From the IMG/VR virus record IMGVR_UViG_3300046459_000427, positions 1 through 64,000 of that record: DNA of 64,000 bases. One strand, written 5' to 3'. The number at the start of each line of letters is the position of its first letter. The first letter of the stretch is position 1. The notes beneath the pieces are model-generated. The model was not told the origin of the DNA. It was given only the letters and a program-made list of their open reading frames with translations, and did no database searches. Made by a program: the position numbers and the translations under genes. This DNA is from a virus. Positions 56,859-64,000 of this stretch are shown piece by piece.

Positions 56859-57213
56859 CGAACTGCACTCCTTCTGCGTACGTGATGATTCCCATGTCGA
56901 AGAGGTTGGCGAGAATTGCCACGACCCCAGCGCGCAGAACAGAGGAGTGATGCCGCTGGAGAGCGACAGCCGTTTCCTCGTCCGCTGAAATACCCGAGTT
57001 AACCAGCATAGCCGAGGCAGTAATGCCGGAAACTAGTGGAACGAGGAGGTCCAACATTTCCTTGACGTCCTGGACCTCGTTGAGCCTTTCGTGGCTGGCC
57101 CGGTGTTCCATTGCGGCGACGTCCGGGCTGTCCGGGGTCAGTTTCATGAGCGGGATCATGGCCGGGACGTCGGGGCACGGAATGATGTCCCAGAGCAGCC
57201 GCTTGACGAGCAT
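56839..57213 (-). CDS. hypothetical protein
   Basis: operon packing. Confidence 0.5.
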   Translation of the reverse strand: MLVKRLLWDIIPCPDVPAMIPLMKLTPDSPDVAAMEHRASHERLNEVQDVKEMLDLLVPLVSGITASAMLVNSGISADEETAVALQRHHSSVLRAGVVAILANLFDMGIITYAEGVQFGEQLLG

Positions 57214-57308
57214 CTGAGGGGTGAAGATATCGATCCGGGGGGTCTCCTCTTCCTCCTACTCGAAATCCGCCTCGTCGCTATTGCCCTTGTTTCGGTTGAA
57301 GAATCCCA

Positions 57309-59288
57309 TTACTTTGCCTCCGACCAGCGGTCCACGATCTTCACGTCGGAAGACAGCGGAACCTTGAGCAGTTTCTGAATGTCGTCGCCGAGCATGGCTT
57401 CCTTCACCAGAGCGGCGGCTTCCTCGGCGCGGTCCTCCGGAGCGAGCACCACGAGTTCGTCGTGCACGGAGAGGATCAGCCGGATCTCGTCCGGCAGGAT
57501 GTTGTTCAGCCGGATCATCGCCAACTTGATCAGGTCGGCAGCCGAGCCCTGGATGAGGCTGTTGACTGCCTGGCGCTCGGCACCCATGCGCAGGCCGTTG
57601 TTCTGCGACAGGATGAGCGGCAGGCGCCGCTTGCGGCCGAGCAGCGTGCGGATGTACGGGGGTCGGCGCGACCGGCAGACCCGGACGACTTCTTCCTTGA
57701 AGCGGTAGATCTCGGGGAACAACTTCTGGTGCATCTCCATGAAGCGCTTGGCTTCCTTGACGGAGATCTTCGCCATCGATGCGACCTTGTCCGGGCCTGC
57801 ACCGTAGACGACTGCGAAGTTGATTCCCTTGGCGACCTGGCGGAAGTCGATGCACTCCCGGTCGCCCGCCTTTACCCGCCGGATGAATTCCTGCGGGTCC
57901 ACTCCCATAAGAGCGGCAGCGGTGGCCGAGTGAGGGTCGACGCCGTTGTGGAAGCCCTTGTACAGATCGCCTCGGCCGATGAAGTGCGCGAGCACGACCA
58001 GTTCGATCTGTCCGTAGTCCGCGACGACCAGTTTGTATCCGGCCGGTGCCACGAACAGTCCACGGATTCGCTTGCCGAGTTCCGTGTCCGGGCGCGGGAT
58101 GTTCTGGAGGTTGGGTTCCCGGCAGGAGAATCGTCCGGTCACCGTTCCGTACTGGACGAAGTCGGCGTGGATCCGGCCGCCGAATATCCGGCAGGGCTTC
58201 TTCGGGTCATCTTCGACCCCGAGGTAGGACACCGGGTAGTCGATCAGCTTGCTGACTTCGGAGTACTCCAGCAGCTTCTTGACGACGGCGTTGTTCTCGT
58301 GCTTTTCCAGGCTGGCGGCGTCGGTGGAGTAGTCCTTCCACTCCAGCTCCTGCCCGGCCTCGCGCTTCTTCTTGCCGCCGTCGGTCGGCTTGGTGGGGCG
58401 CAGGCCCTGGCCGCCGTCCTTCTTGGGTGCGTACAGCACCTCGGCCTTCTGGGCCGGGGCGTTGAGATTGAACTGCTTGCCCGCAGCGCGGTAGATGTCC
58501 GCCTCGATGTCCACCAGGCGCTCGGACATGTCGCGGACCAGCTCGCGCATGGCCTGCTCGTCGACCGGTGCCCCGGTGATGCCCATGTCGAGCAGTACGC
58601 CGAGGACGTCCTCTTCCAGTCGCCGGACGTTGATCAGGTGCTGGTCGTCGATCCGCTTCTGGAACTTCTTCCAGAGCAGGTAGGTGTACTTCGCGTCCAT
58701 GTAGGCGTAGTGGCCCACCTTGGAGAAGGGGTGTGCCTCGACGCACTTGCCGACGTTCTCAGTGTCGTAGTCGACCTTGTAGTAGCGCTTGACGAGTTCC
58801 TTGAGGCCCTTCTGTTTCATGTTCTCGTCGAGGAGCCACTGAAGGACGATGGTGTCCGAGTACTTCGGGGGTGCGATCTCGCCCCAGTACTTCGCCGTGG
58901 AGATGAGGTCGAAGGTCGCGTTGTGCGCGATCTTGATCTTGTCCTCGGCGAAGAACAGCGGCTTGAGGATGGAGAACACCTCGGAGGGGAGCATCTGCTC
59001 CGGCGGGGCGTCGTAGACGGCCGGGATGTTGTCGAACTTCCCGGTGATCTTGTTCTTCTTCTTCGTGGCCTTGCTCAGCAGGACGTCGCCGTTGGGGTGG
59101 CCGAACGGAATGGCGTAGGCCTCACCGTCGGTGGCCAGGCTCATCCAGTTGGCGACGTTCTGTGTCGGGACTCCTCGGTTGGCGCCGAAGGTCTCGATGT
59201 CGAAAGCGAAGGCCGGGCGCTCCATGAAGCGCTCGACCAAAGTATGAAGTCGGTCGGGGGTGAGGATGACGCTGTTCCGGATGGTCAC
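57309..59288 (-). CDS. polA: family A DNA polymerase with 3'-5' exonuclease
   Basis: FDIET, HNATFD, TGRFS..PNLQNIP, ADYGQIEL, AKGINFAVVYG, VHDE. Confidence 0.95.
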   Translation of the reverse strand: MTIRNSVILTPDRLHTLVERFMERPAFAFDIETFGANRGVPTQNVANWMSLATDGEAYAIPFGHPNGDVLLSKATKKKNKITGKFDNIPAVYDAPPEQMLPSEVFSILKPLFFAEDKIKIAHNATFDLISTAKYWGEIAPPKYSDTIVLQWLLDENMKQKGLKELVKRYYKVDYDTENVGKCVEAHPFSKVGHYAYMDAKYTYLLWKKFQKRIDDQHLINVRRLEEDVLGVLLDMGITGAPVDEQAMRELVRDMSERLVDIEADIYRAAGKQFNLNAPAQKAEVLYAPKKDGGQGLRPTKPTDGGKKKREAGQELEWKDYSTDAASLEKHENNAVVKKLLEYSEVSKLIDYPVSYLGVEDDPKKPCRIFGGRIHADFVQYGTVTGRFSCREPNLQNIPRPDTELGKRIRGLFVAPAGYKLVVADYGQIELVVLAHFIGRGDLYKGFHNGVDPHSATAAALMGVDPQEFIRRVKAGDRECIDFRQVAKGINFAVVYGAGPDKVASMAKISVKEAKRFMEMHQKLFPEIYRFKEEVVRVCRSRRPPYIRTLLGRKRRLPLILSQNNGLRMGAERQAVNSLIQGSAADLIKLAMIRLNNILPDEIRLILSVHDELVVLAPEDRAEEAAALVKEAMLGDDIQKLLKVPLSSDVKIVDRWSEAK

Positions 59289-59368
59289 GGGCGGTACCTC
59301 CAGGTGGTGTGGTGGGGAAGCTGAGGGGGAGGTCCCGGCGCGGTGCCAGAACCTCCCCCGGAGGCTGA

Positions 59369-60178
59369 TCAGTCGTTCAGGATCTCGCGGGCGATCTGCT
59401 TGAGTTCGTTGCGCGTGTTCACCTGGAGGACGTCCTCGTCGTACGCCTTGTCGTCGAACTCCTCCAGGTCCTCCTCGGTCAGGGGCTCGACGTCCCAGTC
59501 ATCGAGGAGGTCCCGCTCCTTCACGGGGGTGATGTAGTAGGTCGTCTTGTTGTTCTTGGACTGCTTGGAGACGGAGAAGTACAGGTCGTCCCGGTTGATC
59601 GGCGCCGTCTTCTTGTCCTTGGAGTAGTTCTTGAGGATGTCCGCGACCATCGGGCCGAACTGCCAGATCTTGACCTGCGGGTCCTCGGGGTCGGTGAAGT
59701 CGACGACGTTGAAGCAGACCTGCTGGGAGGGCTTGTCGCCTGCGTCGTCGCACAGGGGGCAGCGGGACTCCAGGCACGTCCAGGACCGCTTGCCCTTGCG
59801 CTCGATCCAGTGCTGGAGGAAGACCAGGAACGGCTCCTCGTCGAGGATCTTCACGACCACGGCCTCGCCGGTCACCTTGAAGTTCTCGGGGAAGCCGGAC
59901 GTGGCGCTCTTGGTCTTCTCGTACGAGCCCCATCCCTTGCCGCCGACCTTCGGGGTGGGCTCGTCGTCCTCGTCGTCCTCCTGGGAGCGACGCGAGCGAC
60001 GGGAGGAGGTGTCGGCCTCCTCGGTATGAAGCGACTGGCGGCGCGAGCCACGGCGGGAGCCCCGGGCCGGACGCTCGTCCTCGTCGTCCTCCGGGAGGTT
60101 GTTGTCCTCCGGCTCGTCGGCGGGGGTGTAGGCCTCGGTGGACGCGGCGGTGCGGCGGCGGGTGAGGGTGCGGGGCAT
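59369..60178 (-). CDS. single-stranded DNA-binding protein (gp32-like)
   Basis: QHW...C...CPLC Zn motif, acidic tail, next to Pol A. Confidence 0.6.
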   Translation of the reverse strand: MPRTLTRRRTAASTEAYTPADEPEDNNLPEDDEDERPARGSRRGSRRQSLHTEEADTSSRRSRRSQEDDEDDEPTPKVGGKGWGSYEKTKSATSGFPENFKVTGEAVVVKILDEEPFLVFLQHWIERKGKRSWTCLESRCPLCDDAGDKPSQQVCFNVVDFTDPEDPQVKIWQFGPMVADILKNYSKDKKTAPINRDDLYFSVSKQSKNNKTTYYITPVKERDLLDDWDVEPLTEEDLEEFDDKAYDEDVLQVNTRNELKQIAREILND

Positions 60179-60417
60179 CAGGTGTTCTCCTGCTGGTAGA
60201 GGTGTACGTACGACTTGTTCTCGGCGGTGTTCAGCCGGGCCTCTTCGATGTCGGCCGCCAGTGAGGTGACCAGGTACTCGGAGGCGATCGTGTCCAGGTC
60301 CCCGAGCGTCTTGGCTGCGGGGAACTCCTCGGAGTCGACGGTGATCTCGGCACCGAATTCGACCCACTCGAAGTTGCCCATGGACACGTGGTGCTTGGCA
60401 CTGCGGGTGATCTTCAC
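60178..60417 (-). CDS. hypothetical protein
   Basis: SMGNFEWV; coupled. Confidence 0.55.
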   Translation of the reverse strand: MKITRSAKHHVSMGNFEWVEFGAEITVDSEEFPAAKTLGDLDTIASEYLVTSLAADIEEARLNTAENKSYVHLYQQENT

Positions 60418-60875
60418 TGCTCGGCCAGCCGCTTGAAGAGGTCGATGACGCGGAGGGTGAAGTTGGTGCCCTTGATCGGCTTCTGGTGGGAGACCAGGAC
60501 GCCTTCCTCGTACGCGATGCGGACGATGCCCTCGACCTGCTCACGGGTGTAGAGGCGGCGTCGCCCGCGTACGTCGTCGTCCCGGCCGGGCGACTGGAAG
60601 GTGGACTTGGGGATAATCCCCTCGCGCTCCCACTTGCGGATGGTGACCGGCTGGCGGCCCAGGGCGCGGCCGAGCTGGCCGACGGTGAAGAACTCGGTCT
60701 CGACGCCGCCCACGTTGTACTTGCGGGGCTTGGCGTCCCAGTCGGCCGCCGAGGTGGCGGCCTGGGTATGAAGCCCGTTGCGGTTCTGGTGGCGGACGAT
60801 CGGCTTGGTGGATCCGGGGTAGAACTGCTCCCCGATCTCGGCGAAGTCCTGCTCGATGCTGGCGAGGGTGCTCAT
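60414..60875 (-). CDS. MerR-like HTH DNA-binding protein
   Basis: FTVGQLGRALGR..VTIRKWEREGIIP...RRLYT. Confidence 0.8.
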   Translation of the reverse strand: MSTLASIEQDFAEIGEQFYPGSTKPIVRHQNRNGLHTQAATSAADWDAKPRKYNVGGVETEFFTVGQLGRALGRQPVTIRKWEREGIIPKSTFQSPGRDDDVRGRRRLYTREQVEGIVRIAYEEGVLVSHQKPIKGTNFTLRVIDLFKRLAEQ

Positions 60876-60887
60876 GTGGTGGTTCTC

Positions 60888-61364
60888 CTAGCCCTGGAGC
60901 GGCTTGAACGCGTACGAGATGTTCTCGGTGAACAGGGCGTCGAGTTCCTCATCCGAGATGAGGCCCTCCTGGTTGAGGACGTACAACTCGTCCTGGTCCA
61001 GGACCGTGGTGGTGACTTCCTTGTAGACGCGGTCGCGGATGCCCTTCTCGTTGACCAGGGTCTCGACGGCGTCCTCATCCAGGCCGACGGAGGTGCGCTT
61101 CTCGCGCTTGACCTCGGTGAAGCGCTGGCCGTTGACCTCGATGGGGGCCGGGAGTTTCCAGAACTTGGAGCCCTTCTCGTCGGTCTCCCCGGTGGCGTCC
61201 ACGTAGGCGCTGATCTCGTCGCGCAGGTGGTTCTTGCGGGTGACTACCTGGGTCTCCTGGAACTTCAGGATCAGGAACTGTCGGACCTTCTCGATGGGGT
61301 TCTCGGGGTCGAGGTTGATGGGCTTCTCGACCCGGCGGGTGGTGCGTCTCTGGACGGTAGCCAT
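60888..61364 (-). CDS. hypothetical protein
   Basis: promoter TCGACA-N17-TAGAGT at 61413-61441. Confidence 0.6.
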   Translation of the reverse strand: MATVQRRTTRRVEKPINLDPENPIEKVRQFLILKFQETQVVTRKNHLRDEISAYVDATGETDEKGSKFWKLPAPIEVNGQRFTEVKREKRTSVGLDEDAVETLVNEKGIRDRVYKEVTTTVLDQDELYVLNQEGLISDEELDALFTENISYAFKPLQG

Positions 61365-61448
61365 AGAGCGTGGGCTCTCTTTCTTCCGGAGTAGTTGGTC
61401 GATCGAGTAGTGACTCTACACTACCGATTCGAAGTTGTCGATTCTTGA

Positions 61449-61802
61449 TTACGCCTTCTTGAAGGCATCCCGGAACGCCTGGCGGGCAGCGTAGCGGCGG
61501 GCCGCTTCGTCCTTCTGGTCACGGCGGAGGACCGTCTCGGCCACGTCCTGGTAGACGGTGACGACGCGCTTCTCTTCCGGGTCGACGACGGCCACGAGGT
61601 CCCCCCGGATGTGCCGAACCTGTCCAGGAACGCGGCCCGAGGGGTAGGTATGAAGCGGCTCGTTTGCCGCGAGGAGAACGTCCGCGCTGCTCCAGCCCTT
61701 GGCGGCGGCCTGCTGCTGCGCGTGGTGGGTCAGCCGGTAGGTCGGTGCGTCAGTGACGGCTGCGGACCAGGTGATGCCAAGGGTCTCTGCGATGGTGGCC
61801 AT
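61449..61802 (-). CDS. DUF4258-like (RelE-fold) protein
   Basis: YRLTHHAQQQ..KG...VAVVD...VVTVY; promoter TTGACA-N17-TAGTGT at 61848-61876. Confidence 0.6.
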   Translation of the reverse strand: MATIAETLGITWSAAVTDAPTYRLTHHAQQQAAAKGWSSADVLLAANEPLHTYPSGRVPGQVRHIRGDLVAVVDPEEKRVVTVYQDVAETVLRRDQKDEAARRYAARQAFRDAFKKA

Positions 61803-62103
61803 CTCGGTCTCCTCTGTTCGATGTCTTGTTCGAACCTTGTGAGGAAGACACTACGTAGCCTCCTGGCATATGTCAACGACTTTGCGTCATCCGATTGACA
61901 AGTTCACCAGCGGTCGGCGACGGCACCACGACGAGCGAGCCGGACGGGGGTCAGATCCCAGTCGTCCTGCTCCTCGGGAGGGCGTATGACGTCCTCCAGC
62001 CCCTCACGGAGCAGGACGTCGAGCGGTTCTTCTCGCATAGCTTGATATTGCCATGGAGTTACGGCTTTAGAACCACTCGACGTCCCTCATGAGATCCTGG
62101 AAG

Positions 62104-63747
62104 TTACGCCGCTTCCAGGCACTGCGTCAGCGTCACCAGGTCGTTCTCGATGCGCCCCTTGCCATCCGCACCACGGCCGTCGGTGATGGCCGAACCCACC
62201 CGCCTCTTGTGCGCGAGCATGGCGTACTTCCTGGGCTCGGTGGTGCCCTGCGTGATCGCGTTCAGCACGTAGATGTTCTTGAACCCGCTGCTCGCCCGGT
62301 TGTGCCTGGCGTTGATCTGGTCCTGTTTGCCGGACGACCAGGCGAGGTCGTAGTTGATCAGGTAGTTCGCCATCCACAGGTCCGTCCCGAAGGCTCCGGC
62401 GTGGCTGGACAGGAACACCCGGCAGCCCTCCTCCGTCTCGAACCGGCTCGCCGCGTAGGCCTTCGCTCCGGCGCTCATCCGGCCCGTGTACGTGACGGCC
62501 ACACCCTCCGGCAGACGCTCGGCGATCAGGTCGAGCATGTCCGGGTTGACCGAGAAGACGATCACCTTGTTCTTCGGCGTGGCCAGGATGTCCGTCACTG
62601 TCTCCACGACCGCGTCCAGTTTAGGGGTAGAGGTGACCTCGTCGAGCACGCCGTCCTGCCACACCTCGTAGGCGTACTTCGAGCCGGGCCAGGTCTTCTT
62701 CTCGGCCCCTCCCTGCCTCGCCGTCTCGCTCTCCTCATACCGCTGCCCGGACATCACAATGAGGTCCGGGTGGTTCAGCAGCATGTCGAGCGCCTGCATG
62801 CGGGACATGATCTTGCCCTGCTGGCTGTTCTCGTTCGGGGTGTCCCCTCCGTGGTAGTGGGCGAACAAGTCGAAGTCCGTCGTGTTGGGTCCGAGCGCGT
62901 GCAGCTCGGCCAGCAGGTCGGCGGAGATCCGCTTGTAGGCCTTCTTCGTCTTGGCGTCCAGCGTCACCGGGATGGCGCTCTCCTGGACCTGCGGCAGGTA
63001 CGGCTTGACGTCCTCGTCCATGCGGGTCTTACGCACCATGGCGTCGGCCAGTTTCGCGTGCAGGACAGGCAGGTTCTTGTAGTGCTGCACTCCCCCGAAC
63101 TTGTTGCGGACGATGTAGGTCTTGTCGTACAGGTCGAACCGGCCCAGCACCGTCTCGTCGACCCACTGCATGATGCTGAACAACTCCTCCGGCCGCCCGT
63201 TCTCCACCGGGGTGCCGGTCAGCGCGTACCGGTACGGCGCGGTCAGCCTCTTGATCTTCCGGGTGCGCTGCGCCTTGAACGTCTTGATCGCGGTCGCCTC
63301 GTCCAGGACGATGCACTCCGGCTTGATCCGGCGGACGTAGTTCCAGTCATTGACGACGTTCTCGTAGCCCATGATCACGAAGTCCGGCCGGTACGTCTTC
63401 ACCTTGACGTACTGACCGGCCCGCTTCTTGGTGTCGCCGTCGATGAGGATGCAGTAGTCCTCCGTCGGCACGGTGATCTCCTGGGTCTGGCCGTCCTCGC
63501 GCACCTTGATGACCCGGGTGGGCACGTCGGTGAGTTTGGCGATCTGCTTGGCCCACTGGTACTTCAGCGAGGCCGGGACCACGATGACGGCGGTCTCGAC
63601 CTCGCCCTCGGCCAGCAGCTCCTCGATGGCGGCCAGGGCGATGGGTGTCTTGCCCAGGCCCATCTCGTAGGCGATGAGGAGCGACCCGCGCTCGACGGCG
63701 CGGGCCACAGCATCCTCTTGGTACGGGTGCAGGTCGATGTTCAGCAC
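62104..63747 (-). CDS. SNF2-family helicase
   Basis: LHPYQ, EMGLGKT, LDEA, LTGTP.EN, Q..AR..R. Confidence 0.9.
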   Translation of the reverse strand: MLNIDLHPYQEDAVARAVERGSLLIAYEMGLGKTPIALAAIEELLAEGEVETAVIVVPASLKYQWAKQIAKLTDVPTRVIKVREDGQTQEITVPTEDYCILIDGDTKKRAGQYVKVKTYRPDFVIMGYENVVNDWNYVRRIKPECIVLDEATAIKTFKAQRTRKIKRLTAPYRYALTGTPVENGRPEELFSIMQWVDETVLGRFDLYDKTYIVRNKFGGVQHYKNLPVLHAKLADAMVRKTRMDEDVKPYLPQVQESAIPVTLDAKTKKAYKRISADLLAELHALGPNTTDFDLFAHYHGGDTPNENSQQGKIMSRMQALDMLLNHPDLIVMSGQRYEESETARQGGAEKKTWPGSKYAYEVWQDGVLDEVTSTPKLDAVVETVTDILATPKNKVIVFSVNPDMLDLIAERLPEGVAVTYTGRMSAGAKAYAASRFETEEGCRVFLSSHAGAFGTDLWMANYLINYDLAWSSGKQDQINARHNRASSGFKNIYVLNAITQGTTEPRKYAMLAHKRRVGSAITDGRGADGKGRIENDLVTLTQCLEAA

Positions 63748-64000
63748 TGGCTGTACTGCCGGTCGAACTGGCCCCGGGTGCGCGGGCGCCTCGCGAAGGG
63801 GACGCCCGGGGTGTAGTGACCCTCCTGGATGTGGTCCGGGTTGGCGCACATCCGGCGGGTGCACGCGCGGTGCTTCTGCCCGGCCCCTCCGGTGATGAAC
63901 GACAGCAGGCTCTGGCCCCGGTAGGTGGGCCGTGTCGCGGTCGACTGGAAGATCAGGCAGGTGGAGTCCGGGTCGGCCTCGACGCGGTCCCAGAAGGCCT
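63741..64000 (-). CDS. HNH-like protein, truncated by the window edge
   Basis: my translation AFWDRV...C...HRAC..RMCANPDH. Confidence 0.5.
   Translation of the reverse strand, partial: AFWDRVEADPDSTCLIFQSTATRPTYRGQSLLSFITGGAGQKHRACTRRMCANPDHIQEGHYTPGVPFARRPRTRGQFDRQYSQC

Noticed and set aside
54535-59324. Long plus-strand ORFs (e.g. 54535-56445, 57462-59324; also 27236-29167, 62089-63816, 2382-3794)
   Set aside because: Antisense shadows of well-supported minus-strand genes, expected from high-GC codon bias; no motifs or RBS

Overview
This window looks like part of a large, high-GC actinobacterial phage genome, most likely infecting Streptomyces (host-type XRE/DUF397, WhiB, Lsr2, DUF2637 and NlpC/P60 genes; HrdB-like promoters). 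Almost all real genes are on the minus strand; the long plus-strand ORFs are antisense shadows. Layout: (i) 0-22.7 kb accessory/host-interaction genes (KTSC, HicA-like, AcrVA2-like, XRE+DUF397 cassette, MazG-like, phosphoesterase, five tRNAs, NlpC/P60, Lsr2, PNK, RNA ligase, RlaP-like nucleotidyltransferase); (ii) a ~0.9 kb non-coding, partly AT-rich block at 23.0-23.9 kb (candidate genome end or origin); (iii) 23.9-36.1 kb modular 'early-type' genes with repeated promoter, extended-RBS and terminator elements; (iv) 36.1-47.7 kb TGT-like, HAD-like, ParB-like and nucleotidyltransferase genes, a lytic transglycosylase, a CHAP endolysin, small basic proteins and SpoVS; (v) 47.8-64 kb replication/nucleotide metabolism (EndoVII, dNMP kinase, ThyX, second ligase, Cas4-like nuclease, WhiB, resolvase, RecA, NrdJ, Pol A, SSB, SNF2 helicase). 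No capsid, terminase, tail or integrase gene was recognised. Strongest unexplained signals: a strictly polar 9-mer, GGTATGAAG (23 exact copies found by eye, mostly inside genes as rare-codon Leu-His-Thr, absent from 19.4-36.4 kb); a c-di-AMP-type riboswitch in front of a cell-wall hydrolase inside the tRNA cluster; a fixed-spacing TGTCAA-N18-TTGACA dyad at about 16 sites, mostly promoters; CRP-like boxes; and a tRNA-His with a long variable arm. All family calls come from motif recognition by eye, not database searches.
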